57,984 bases of DNA. Source: Candidatus Jorgensenbacteria bacterium RIFCSPLOWO2_01_FULL_45_25b (GTDB lineage: Bacteria; Patescibacteriota; Minisyncoccia; UBA6257; GWB1-50-10). Position numbers and translations under genes: made by a program. Below the pieces are notes generated by a model. It did not search any database. It had not been told where the DNA came from and saw nothing but the letters and a program-made list of their open reading frames with translations. Positions 36,798 through 45,738 of this stretch are shown here, piece after piece. The DNA lies in assembly GCA_001781035.1 (NCBI GenBank), contig MFKK01000037.1:1-57984 (forward strand), in the 5' to 3' direction. Positions within the stretch are counted from its first letter, which is position 1. Each line of letters begins with the position of its first letter.

Positions 36798-37634
36798 ATG
36801 AAAGAGAGAAATTTTCAACAGTTGCTGGACGCGCGTGGACGTCTCGGCAAGTTTCTTTGCGTCGGGCTTGATAGCGAATTTAGCAGGATTCCTTTGTCCG
36901 CGCGGACTGATAGCATCGCGGATTCTATTGCAGGGTTTAATCGGGCAATTGTTGAGGCGACGAAGGATTTTGTGTGCGCGTACAAACCGAACGTCGCTTT
37001 TTATGAGGCGTATGGGGACGAGGGATATTCCGCTTTGCGACGGACTGTTCTTGATATTCATACCATCGTGCCGGATGTGCCGGTGATTCTTGACGCAAAG
37101 CGCGCGGATATCGGCAGTACGAATGCCAATTACGCGAAGATGGCATTTGAGTATATTCAAGCTGACGCGATTACGGTTCATCCGTATCTTGGAGGGGAGG
37201 CACTTTTGCCCTTCCTTACGCGAGCGGAGAAGGGCGTTATTGTACTTTGTCGCACATCCAATTTGGGAGCAGGCGAGTTTCAGGATTTATTAGTAAATAG
37301 CGAACCTCTTTATCGTTTTGTCGCGCGCCGAGTCGCGAGTAAGTGGAATAAAAATGGTAACTGCGGACTTGTTGTCGGGGCAACGTATCCCGACGAGCTT
37401 CACGAAGTTCGTGAAATTGTCGGCGACATGCCAATTCTTATTCCGGGCATTGGCGCGCAGGGCGGCGATTTGCAGAAAGTTGTTTCCGCGGGCAGGGATA
37501 GCCACGGACGAGGCATTATATTAAGTTCTTCACGCGGTATTCTATTTGCTTCCGATGGCGTGGATTTCGCGGAAGCCGCCCGACGCGAGACGGAGAAGCT
37601 TCATACGCTTATTAGTCAATATATGCGAATATAA
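36798..37634 (+). CDS. pyrF: Orotidine 5'-phosphate decarboxylase, type 2
   Basis: LCVGLDSE, DAKRADIGSTN and PGIGAQGG motifs. Confidence 0.85.
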   Translation: MKERNFQQLLDARGRLGKFLCVGLDSEFSRIPLSARTDSIADSIAGFNRAIVEATKDFVCAYKPNVAFYEAYGDEGYSALRRTVLDIHTIVPDVPVILDAKRADIGSTNANYAKMAFEYIQADAITVHPYLGGEALLPFLTRAEKGVIVLCRTSNLGAGEFQDLLVNSEPLYRFVARRVASKWNKNGNCGLVVGATYPDELHEVREIVGDMPILIPGIGAQGGDLQKVVSAGRDSHGRGIILSSSRGILFASDGVDFAEAARRETEKLHTLISQYMRI

Positions 37635-37639
37635 AGAAT

Positions 37640-38263
37640 ATGAACGAGCAGGAAATGATACAAATTTTGAATGAGGTTGGAGCGATTATTACCGACAGCC
37701 ATATTGTGTATACTTCCGGGTTACACGGCGCGACGTATATAAATAAGGACGCGATTTATCCTCATATCGCGCTTACGTCTCGTCTTTGTCGCGCTATTGC
37801 CGAACGGTTTTTGGAAGACAATGTGGAAGCTGTTATCTCTCCAGCAATTGGGGGCGTGATTCTTTCGCAGTGGACGGCACATCATCTTACGGAGATGAGC
37901 GGGCGTGAGGTTTTGGGGGTTTATGCCGAGAAGTCTGATGGTGGTATGTTTATTATCAAGCGCGGTTATGACAAGCTTATTGTTCATAAGAATGTTTTGG
38001 TCGTGGAAGATATTTTGAATACCGGCGGGTCGGCGAAGAAGGTGATTGAGGCAACACGCGCAATCGGCGGGAAGGTTGTCGGGCTTGGCGTTCTTTGCAA
38101 TCGCGGAGAAGTGGCGCCTCAAGATGTGGCGAATGTTCCAAAACTTATCTCTCTTATCAATTTGAAGTTTGAGACATGGGAGGAGGCGGTTTGTCCTCTT
38201 TGTAAGCGAGGCGTTCCTATTAACACGGATGTCGGCAGAGGACGCTTGATTCCTCGCATATAA
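37640..38263 (+). CDS. pyrE: Orotate phosphoribosyltransferase-like PRTase
   Basis: PRPP loop VLVVEDILNTGGSAKK; adjacent to pyrF. Confidence 0.7.
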   Translation: MNEQEMIQILNEVGAIITDSHIVYTSGLHGATYINKDAIYPHIALTSRLCRAIAERFLEDNVEAVISPAIGGVILSQWTAHHLTEMSGREVLGVYAEKSDGGMFIIKRGYDKLIVHKNVLVVEDILNTGGSAKKVIEATRAIGGKVVGLGVLCNRGEVAPQDVANVPKLISLINLKFETWEEAVCPLCKRGVPINTDVGRGRLIPRI

Positions 38264-38267
38264 ATGT

Positions 38268-38804
38268 ATGAATATTATTCTCGCGGCGGTTATCTCTTTG
38301 GACGGGAAGATTACGCGTCACAATGAGACGGGCGCGATTTCTTGGAATTCTATTGAGGATAAGAAGCATTTTGCCCGGCTTATCGCGAAGAGCGACGCGA
38401 TTATTATGGGGAGGAAGACATACGAAGCGGCGCGGAAAATTATAGTCTTGTCGCCCAGAAGACTTCGTATTGTTCTTACGCGAGCGCCCGAGAAATATAA
38501 AAAAGAAGCCGTTTCTCGCGAGCTTGAATTCTCAAAAGAGTCTCCCCGCCAAATTATTCGTCGTCTTCAAAAAATGGGGCGTCGCAAAATTTTGATTGTC
38601 GGAGGAGGGGAGATATACGCGCTTTTTTTGAGGGAGGGGCTGGTTTCCCGAATAGAGCTTACGATTGAGCCAAAGATATTCGGAACGGGAGGAAATTTTC
38701 TCGCGCCTCTTCAGATGAAGAAAGAATTTCGTTTGGTTTCGGCGCGGCGATTAAACAGGCGAGGAACTTTGCTTTTGACGTATGATGTGATTTCCACGAC
38801 TTAG
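38268..38804 (+). CDS. RibD C-terminal / dihydrofolate reductase-like reductase
   Basis: IILAAVISLDGKIT ... IMGRKTYE ... LIVGGGEIY. Confidence 0.65.
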   Translation: MNIILAAVISLDGKITRHNETGAISWNSIEDKKHFARLIAKSDAIIMGRKTYEAARKIIVLSPRRLRIVLTRAPEKYKKEAVSRELEFSKESPRQIIRRLQKMGRRKILIVGGGEIYALFLREGLVSRIELTIEPKIFGTGGNFLAPLQMKKEFRLVSARRLNRRGTLLLTYDVISTT

Positions 38805-39733
38805 AATGTTATTGTTTTTCCGTCAAAGGCGGATTTAATTTTCACCGTACCGGTTCCGGGTGTTATTTCGCCGATTACTGTGGCATTTTTTGTTTTTGAG
38901 AGTATTGCTGATACCTCTTTTTTTGGAGTAGAAAATATAAAACCTATTCCGCAATTGAATGTTTGGTACATGTCTTTGTTTGCCATCCCTTTTTTGTGGA
39001 TTTCATAAAATATTTTTTGAGGCAGGAGGCTTTTGGGGTGTTCTATATTAGCGTTCGCTTTCCCCAATATATCTTTCAGTTTGGTAAAGGCGCCGCCTGT
39101 GATGTGCATTAAACCGTTTATTTGATGTTTGGAGGAGAGGCTTAGAATTGTATCAAGGTATATCGCTGTCGGCGTTGTAAATTCGTGTCTTTTTATATTT
39201 CCGAACATTTTTCGTATCGCGGTGAAGCCGTTTGAGTGAAGACCGGAGCTTTTGAGACCTATTAGAATGTCGCCAATTTGAAACTTGTTTGGTTTAGGAT
39301 TTTTTACAAACCCCGAAACGGTCATACTAATATCAAGTCCCTCCGTATTGTTATGAAAAGAGTTTTCTCCTCCTGCGATTGCTATCTTGTATTTCAGGCA
39401 TTGCCGAACCAGCTCTTGAATTATTTTGAAGATTCGTTCGTTTTCAAGCGGAACTGTGATGTGATTTGAAAGCTTGTAGGGGATTGCCCGAATGATCGCG
39501 AGGTCGTTTAGGTTCATCGCCAGGGCGTCAATAACTGCGGCTTTAAATGTTCCTTCTTTCCAGTGATAGAATCCTTTCGTGCCTATGCCGTCGGTGTGGT
39601 CAACTTCCGGATAGGAAACCTTTTTTTGAATAATGGGATAGGTGTTGAATGTTACCGAAACGTAGGGGGTTTGCCAGGTTTTTTTAATTTCGTTGATGAT
39701 TTTTTGCTTGTAGGGTTTGAAGGGTTTGTACAT
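38801..39733 (-). CDS. purM: AIR synthase (phosphoribosylformylglycinamidine cyclo-ligase)
   Basis: DGIGTK motif and AIRS N and C domain pattern. Confidence 0.8.
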   Translation of the reverse strand: MYKPFKPYKQKIINEIKKTWQTPYVSVTFNTYPIIQKKVSYPEVDHTDGIGTKGFYHWKEGTFKAAVIDALAMNLNDLAIIRAIPYKLSNHITVPLENERIFKIIQELVRQCLKYKIAIAGGENSFHNNTEGLDISMTVSGFVKNPKPNKFQIGDILIGLKSSGLHSNGFTAIRKMFGNIKRHEFTTPTAIYLDTILSLSSKHQINGLMHITGGAFTKLKDILGKANANIEHPKSLLPQKIFYEIHKKGMANKDMYQTFNCGIGFIFSTPKKEVSAILSKTKNATVIGEITPGTGTVKIKSAFDGKTITF

Positions 39734-39746
39734 GAGATTTTTACCA

Positions 39747-40277
39747 TTATAGGAAGCTTTGTTTTATGACTTTCAGCGCGTTTTTATTCGCGGGGTCAAT
39801 GACAATTTTTTCCGCTTCATCAAACGTGAGCCATTTTGTGTCGTGAAATTCGCGCGGGTCAATATTAAAGTCATCTCCGTTTGTTTCCATTATAAACCAA
39901 ATATCAAAGTGTGTTTTGCAGGGCCTTGTGCTGTTTTCTATGTTGGTAATGGTAAAGAGAAAAGAAGGCGGGAGTTCTTTGAAAAAGTTTTCTACGCCTA
40001 ATTCTTCGTGGATTTCGCGATTTAGCGTTTGCCAAAGCGTTTCGCCTTTATCAATATGTCCGCCAGGAGCAAACCAGAGACCGGATTTTTTGTGGTGAAC
40101 GATAAAAACCTTTTTGTTTTTCGGATTGTAGGGCAGAAAATAGGCGCAAAAGTGGCTTTCCGGATTTTCGTCTCTTGTAAGCGCGTCCTTTTTTAACCGT
40201 TTTAGATAGAGTTCGCGGACCTCTTCATTTTTGCAGGCTGAAGTTTTCAGGATGTTTAAGATTTGAGAGTGAAGCAT
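39747..40277 (-). CDS. NUDIX hydrolase
   Basis: Nudix box GGHIDKGETLWQTLNREIHEELGV. The start was trimmed to avoid palindrome P3. Confidence 0.8.
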   Translation of the reverse strand: MLHSQILNILKTSACKNEEVRELYLKRLKKDALTRDENPESHFCAYFLPYNPKNKKVFIVHHKKSGLWFAPGGHIDKGETLWQTLNREIHEELGVENFFKELPPSFLFTITNIENSTRPCKTHFDIWFIMETNGDDFNIDPREFHDTKWLTFDEAEKIVIDPANKNALKVIKQSFL

Positions 40278-40290
40278 ATTTTGGCGGTGA

Positions 40291-40326
40291 AAACATTCCA
40301 GCATTCTCAAGAATGTTGGAATGTTT
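40291..40326. repeat. Palindrome family P3, copy 1
   Basis: aaacattccagcattctcaagaatgttggaatgttt. Confidence 0.8.
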
Positions 40327-40437
40327 ACGCTTTGTTATTTAATATCAAAATAATTTTTTCTGGTTTTGTGAGCCTTGAATAGTGGAGAACAATCTTATCA
40401 TCATACAAACGATGTGGGTGTGCTACAATCAGAGTAT

Positions 40438-40977
40438 ATGACTGAAGATGAGCAAAGGCAAGACAATGTTGCTTTTGTGGATGGGCAAAATTTATATATG
40501 AGCACCACGATGGCGGACAAGCCATGGCACATTGATTTAGCCCGACTTCGCGTATATTTGAAGAGAAAATACAAAGTTGAGAAAGCGTACTATTTTTTGG
40601 GTTTTACACAAGAAGATCGCCGCGAACTTTATGACGAAATACAAGAAGCGGGATTTATTCTCCAATTCAGGGAGCATAGTTCAGTAATGCTTGGCAAAAA
40701 GAAAGGAAATGTTGATACCGATATTGTTTTCGCCGTCATGAAAGCGTTATATCGTAATGAAGTATTTGGAGGGGTTGTTTTGGTGTCGGGCGACGGAGAT
40801 TATAAAATGTTGGTTGATTTTTTAATTGAGGAAAATAAGTTTGGGAAAATACTTTTTCCGAACCAAAAAAGAGCATTTTCTTTATATAAACGTATAGCGT
40901 TGAGATACAAAGCCGATTTAAGTGCCGAATTAGTAAGAAGGAAGATAGAAAAAGAAAAGGGCTCCTTAGGTAGTTAG
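40438..40977 (+). CDS. NYN/LabA-like (PIN-related) domain protein
   Basis: VAFVDGQNLY ... VLVSGDGDY. Confidence 0.75.
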   Translation: MTEDEQRQDNVAFVDGQNLYMSTTMADKPWHIDLARLRVYLKRKYKVEKAYYFLGFTQEDRRELYDEIQEAGFILQFREHSSVMLGKKKGNVDTDIVFAVMKALYRNEVFGGVVLVSGDGDYKMLVDFLIEENKFGKILFPNQKRAFSLYKRIALRYKADLSAELVRRKIEKEKGSLGS

Positions 40978-41059
40978 CCGTTCGGATCCCTTTTCGTCGT
41001 GATGTTTATATGTTAAACAATAGCATTAATGGTGTCAATTGCGAGAAAGTCAACATTAA

Positions 41060-42481
41060 TTACTTAAGGCTGGCTCTTGTGATGGAGCCAAAATAGCCTT
41101 TTGCCGGAACGATTCCCAGACTTGCTTGATATTCTGCGAGGGCGTTTTGAGTGAGCGTTCCAAAGTATCCCGTGCTTCCCGCCTTCGCGAGAGCGAGAGC
41201 TACGGGGCCGGTATTTTTTTTGATTAAGTATCGTTGCAGAAGTTGTACCGCGCTTCCTTCCGAACCGATTTTGAGGTCTATATTTATTGAGGCAAGACTA
41301 AGTGTTTCGTTTGTTTTTTGGGAATGTTGCGAGATTATTTCGGACGGCACAACTTCTCGTGATAAAAGGCTTAACATATGCGTTTTTGTAACGGGGCCGA
41401 AGTATCCTTGAGCGGGAAAAATGTCTACCGACGCTTGGTATTCCGCGAGGGCGTTTTGCGTGAGCGTTCCAAAGTATCCCGTGCTTCCCGCCTTCGCGAG
41501 AGCGAGAGCTACGGGGCCGGCACTCTCTTTAATTAAGATTTCTTGAAGGAGACGCACGCTCTCGTTCTGCTCTTTTGCTTTTATGTTTGTATCTATCAGC
41601 CGAGCTTTCGCGAGAATATCCTCGTTTTCCAGTAGCCATGTGATGATTTTTGGCAGTGTTTGTTTTGTGGTTTGCGCTTCTTTGATGAATTCCGGATATT
41701 CGCTTATGACGTGAATGGCAACAGAAAACGCCGTGTCTGATTTGTCTATTATCCTGCTTAATATCTCTATTCTTTCTTCCAGAGAAAATTCTTTCGTAAG
41801 GCGCGGATAGGGATTTGTCGCGATTCCCGTGTAATAGATGCCGAGGTGGAGATGCGGTAGTGTCCATCTGGCATTTCCCGTATTTCCGACATATCCAATT
41901 ACATCGCCGCGCGAGAGTGTTTGCCCCGCTATTATGTTAGGGGCAACTTCATCAAGGTGGGCGTAATAAAATTGTTCGCCTCCGGGGTTCGCGGTTAACA
42001 CAAAATTTCCACCCCGATTATCATAGCCGATGTTTGTGATGACCGCGTCTGTCGGAGAGATGATGAACGCGCCCCGCGGAGCTATGATATCTATTCCCTT
42101 ATGCACTCGTCCGTTTTGGCGTTTGTGATTCCATGAGTTTTCGGTTTCATTTGGTTTTATGTTGAAAAGTATTGGTATGTATATGTCTTCCGACGGATTT
42201 GGATTTAGAGCCCTTACCTTGTCTTGAACATCCTCGGGTATTCTAAAAAGAAACCCCTCAATCGCGTCGTCGGATATTGTTTGGAGAGTTGAGGAAGAAT
42301 CCATAGGAAGGGTGGAGGAGGGTTCTGTGAGCGCGATTGTGGAGGATACGGCGAGCGGGGAGACTGGAATTTCCTCGGCGCGCGCTATGTTGGAAGGAGC
42401 TTGTTTTACGAGAATACTCACTATTCCAAAGGCCAGAAGCATCGCAAAAGCCTTTTGTTTCTTGAGGTTTGATATGCCCAT
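41060..42481 (-). CDS. M23 peptidase with two C-terminal peptidoglycan-binding repeats
   Basis: HKGIDI, YYAHLD and GNTGNARWTLPHLHLGIY motifs, plus a duplicated GPVALALAKAGSTGYFGTLTQNALAEYQAS. Confidence 0.85.
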   Translation of the reverse strand: MGISNLKKQKAFAMLLAFGIVSILVKQAPSNIARAEEIPVSPLAVSSTIALTEPSSTLPMDSSSTLQTISDDAIEGFLFRIPEDVQDKVRALNPNPSEDIYIPILFNIKPNETENSWNHKRQNGRVHKGIDIIAPRGAFIISPTDAVITNIGYDNRGGNFVLTANPGGEQFYYAHLDEVAPNIIAGQTLSRGDVIGYVGNTGNARWTLPHLHLGIYYTGIATNPYPRLTKEFSLEERIEILSRIIDKSDTAFSVAIHVISEYPEFIKEAQTTKQTLPKIITWLLENEDILAKARLIDTNIKAKEQNESVRLLQEILIKESAGPVALALAKAGSTGYFGTLTQNALAEYQASVDIFPAQGYFGPVTKTHMLSLLSREVVPSEIISQHSQKTNETLSLASINIDLKIGSEGSAVQLLQRYLIKKNTGPVALALAKAGSTGYFGTLTQNALAEYQASLGIVPAKGYFGSITRASLK

Positions 42482-42558
42482 ACGCGTTTTTCTATTCTAC
42501 CATGTATAGCAAGATATGTCTCGGGGGTCTAGTGAAATTAAAAAAGAAAACATAAAAA

Positions 42559-42598
42559 ACGTTGCACTTTTTCCACGATCGTGGAAAAAGTGCAACGT
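42559..42598 (-). terminator. P1 palindrome, terminator-like on the minus strand
   Basis: acgttgcactttttccacgatcgtggaaaaagtgcaacgt is preceded on the plus strand by an A-run, which is a T-run on the minus strand. Confidence 0.6.
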
Positions 42599-42628
42599 AA
42601 GTTGCGCAGCAATATCTTGCTCTGTCCA

Positions 42629-43730
42629 GGTTCAGATACATATGAGACACTAGGTTTGTAAAGTAATGATGTTTCGCGTCGGCATTCGACCTTGTTCCAA
42701 TTTCGCCAGATATTCTTTTGGGGTGAGATAGCTTAACGCTTCGTGCGGTCTCACGTTGTTCCAAACATCTTGCCATACTCGTATTCTCTCGCGCATAACA
42801 GGGAGGAGCATGGAAATGTTCCCTTGCCGGTAGAATTCTCTCTCATCTGCCCCGTGAGAGATTTCAACGTACGTATTCTGTTTCGGATGTCTGGGGTATG
42901 TGAAGAAGTGAGACAGATTGAGTTCCCGACACCTCTTTTCAAACTCCTTCTGAAACGGAGCTCCATTGTCTGTCTGAACAGCCCGAATCGGAAAAGAGAA
43001 CCCCTAGAGACACTCTTCAAGAAACAAGGCTCCATTTCTTGACGACTCGGAGGCATACACCCGAAGAACTCTTGTTTTTGAAAGCACGTCAATGGCGGTG
43101 AATTGATAGAGCTTCTTTCCTCCGGGAAGCATGATGTGTTTCGTATCCATCTGTACCATATCACCAGGTGAAGATATCCTCATTCCATGCGGGAACCTTG
43201 CTCTTGGATGGAGAGCCGCTCTTCTTCGTTTCTCTGATATCTTCTTTGCGATCATACCGCGACGTTTCAAAATTCTTCCTATGGTGCTTGCGGAAACCAT
43301 CACTCCTTCTCGTTTCAGAAGGACATGGAGCTTGTGCTTTGACCACGCAGGATGCTCTCTGCGCAGGGAAACGATGCGTGCCGCCACTTCAGGCGGAGTT
43401 GTCGGTTTGCGGAGACGCTTCGGTCTTCGCGACTCCTCATTCAGTCCCAGAAGTCCGCGCGTGCGATATCGTTCAAACCATCGGTGCATCGTTGCGCGTC
43501 CGATGCCAAAATGACGGGCAGTGAGAGCGGTGTTTTTTCCATGAGCTCTGTGCCAGTCGAGAATGTTGATCCTGTATCTTGCTTCTTTCGTCAACCTTTC
43601 CCCAAGAAGGGCAGAACGCGCGATGGATGTCGCTCCGGGGAAGACTGTTCCGTATATGGTCATATGACGACCACTGTATCTTCCTTTCATCTTTTTTGAG
43701 AAGCGCTATGTGTATCATATGTTATGAACC
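42629..43730 (-). mobile_element. IS481/IS3-superfamily-like insertion sequence
   Basis: Terminal inverted repeats ggttcagatacatatgagacac and gtgtatcatatgttatgaacc (about 19 of 22 matched) bracket a DDE transposase. Confidence 0.75.
42650..43690 (-). pseudogene. DDE (rve) transposase interrupted by a single in-frame TAG at 43004-43006
   Basis: ...FLEECL*GFSFPIRAVQTDNGAPFQKEF...NNVRPHEALSYLTPKEY... The same frame runs on both sides of the stop, for 347 codons in total. Confidence 0.75.
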
Positions 43731-43779
43731 AGTACATGCTCTTTTCACGGCGCTATTTATGTGTTATTCTGCAGTCGTT

Positions 43780-45189
43780 ATGTTTCGCGATAAAAATTTT
43801 TTGAAATATATTCGGCAGTTTAGGTATGTTGTATTGGTCGCGGGTATCGCGATTTTGATACCGTCCTTTTATTTGAAAAAGGCGAGTCAGACTGTTGAGG
43901 TGGTCGTTTCCAACGGAGAAAACACGAAGATTCAATTTGCTTACGGCAGTTGGCCGGCGCTAGAAAACGCCCGCTTTTTTGAAAAAGTAAAACAGGATTT
44001 TGTTTCAAAGCAAACTGATTTTATTGAGGCGGACCTTTCCGCGATGTTGGTGCGCATGTATAGAAAGGGAGCGCTTGTGAAGGAGGTGCCAATTGTTTCC
44101 AAGGGGAAACCGGGTTCCTGGTGGGAAACTCCCGCGGGATTGTATAAAATTGAAGCAAAAAAAGAAAGCCATTATTCTTCTTTTGGACACGTCTATTTGC
44201 CGTATAGCATGCCTTTTCAGGGAAATTTTTTTATTCACGGGTGGCCACGCTATGAAAATGGCAAACCCGTGCCGGAAGGATATTCCGGTGGTTGTATTCG
44301 TCTTTCTGATGAGAATGCAAAAGAGGTTTATTCGTTCGCGAGCGTTGGAATGCCCGTGCTTGTGTATGAGCAATCTTTTGGAAGCGACCCTAGTAGGCAG
44401 GATTTTTCCTATACCTTTAAACAGCCACAAGTAAGCGCCGTGAGTTATCTTGCCGCTGATTTGGAGAACAACTTTGTGTTTCTTGAAAACAAGCCGAGTG
44501 AGCGACGTTCCATCGCGTCGCTTACCAAGCTCATGACCGCGCTTGTTGGAGTGGAATATATCAATGTTGAGCGTGAAGTAACCATCACCCCTTCTATGCT
44601 GGTTGAAACGGGTATTCCGCGTCTTAAGGCGGGAGACCGTTTTTCTGTTCTTGACGTTCTTTCGGCTCTGCTTATGGAATCATCCAATGAGGCGGCGAGG
44701 GCGGTAGCGGTGTCGCTCGGTGAAAAGCGATTTGTACAGCTTATGAATACTAAAGCCGTCGCGATTGGCATGAAGCAGTCTGCGTTTGTAGATACATCGG
44801 GCGCTCTCTTGGGTAATGTTTCAACCGTAGAAGATTTGTTCGCGCTCGCAAAATATCTCTATTACAACCGAAGTTTTGTTCTGCACATGAGCGTAGGAAA
44901 AGAAAGTCGCGCTGTGTATGGCCTATCGGCATTTAAGAATCTCAAAAATCTTAATGCTATTCCCAGTTTACAGGGAATGGTGGGTGGCAAGACAGATGAT
45001 GGCGATACGGCGAGCGATGGCATGCTCGCGGTATTTGAGATTACTATTGGAGGGAAGAAGCGACCGATTGCCATTATTGTGCTTGGGTCTCGCGACGGCA
45101 AGCGAGACGTGGAGGAGGTGTTTCAGTACGTCTTGTCAAATTATGAAAGAAAGGATAGTAGCGCGTTAGATGAAAACGCGGCGCTATAG
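43780..45189 (+). CDS. L,D-transpeptidase (YkuD) fused to S11 D-alanyl-D-alanine carboxypeptidase
   Basis: FIHGW...YSGGCIRL (YkuD), then ASLTK (SxxK), SSNEA (SxN) and GGKTD. The start was chosen after the IS end. Confidence 0.8.
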   Translation: MFRDKNFLKYIRQFRYVVLVAGIAILIPSFYLKKASQTVEVVVSNGENTKIQFAYGSWPALENARFFEKVKQDFVSKQTDFIEADLSAMLVRMYRKGALVKEVPIVSKGKPGSWWETPAGLYKIEAKKESHYSSFGHVYLPYSMPFQGNFFIHGWPRYENGKPVPEGYSGGCIRLSDENAKEVYSFASVGMPVLVYEQSFGSDPSRQDFSYTFKQPQVSAVSYLAADLENNFVFLENKPSERRSIASLTKLMTALVGVEYINVEREVTITPSMLVETGIPRLKAGDRFSVLDVLSALLMESSNEAARAVAVSLGEKRFVQLMNTKAVAIGMKQSAFVDTSGALLGNVSTVEDLFALAKYLYYNRSFVLHMSVGKESRAVYGLSAFKNLKNLNAIPSLQGMVGGKTDDGDTASDGMLAVFEITIGGKKRPIAIIVLGSRDGKRDVEEVFQYVLSNYERKDSSALDENAAL

Positions 45190-45196
45190 GTTGAGT

Positions 45197-45721
45197 TTAC
45201 GGGATAAATTTTTTGAAGACATCGGCGAGTTTTTCAACGACGCCTACTTTTATGTCTTCCTCGGTTTTTACGGGATGCTTTGAGATAATCGCGCGCGGAG
45301 GAGTGTGGAGATTTTTTACCGAGTCAATGATAAAATCCAAGAATTTTTTCTGTTCCGCTTCGCGCTCCTGATTTATATTTTCTTTTAGCAGTACGCGATA
45401 CGCCTCAAGAGAGCGCGCCATCATTGATTTGAAAGAGTATTCTTCCAGGTATTCCCGCTCCCTGTTGTGTTGGGCGTGAAAGAAGATGGCGGAGTATATA
45501 AGGGGAAGGGTGAGGGCGAGTTCCACCCAAAGGATTATGCTAAATCCCATTTCGGTCGTGAGGCTGAAGGCGAAGAGCGCGATGCAGAGGAGAAGGATGT
45601 TATTTATAATAAAGCAGTTCCGCCACATATTCTTTGATTTTTCCAGCTCTATTTTTCGTTCCTCAAAGATATTGAAGGGCGATTCCGTTGATGTTGTGTT
45701 TATTTTTATTCTCTTTCCCAT
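45197..45721 (-). CDS. Hypothetical two-TM membrane protein
   Basis: ORF with hydrophobic segments; no family recognised. Confidence 0.55.
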   Translation of the reverse strand: MGKRIKINTTSTESPFNIFEERKIELEKSKNMWRNCFIINNILLLCIALFAFSLTTEMGFSIILWVELALTLPLIYSAIFFHAQHNREREYLEEYSFKSMMARSLEAYRVLLKENINQEREAEQKKFLDFIIDSVKNLHTPPRAIISKHPVKTEEDIKVGVVEKLADVFKKFIP

Positions 45722-45738
45722 GCATTTGATTATATCAT

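Noticed and set aside
35859-37181. 440-aa minus-strand ORF.
   Set aside because: Its first 138 codons are antisense to the well-supported pyrF gene and have no hydrolase similarity. It was trimmed to ATG 36767.
43004-43006. In-frame TAG in the transposase as evidence for an alternative genetic code.
   Set aside because: TAG terminates several well-conserved genes at their expected ends in this window (for example alaS at 26571, the pseudouridine synthase gene at 31291 and the cupredoxin-like gene at 21209). TGA and TAA also act as stops. The standard code 11 fits.
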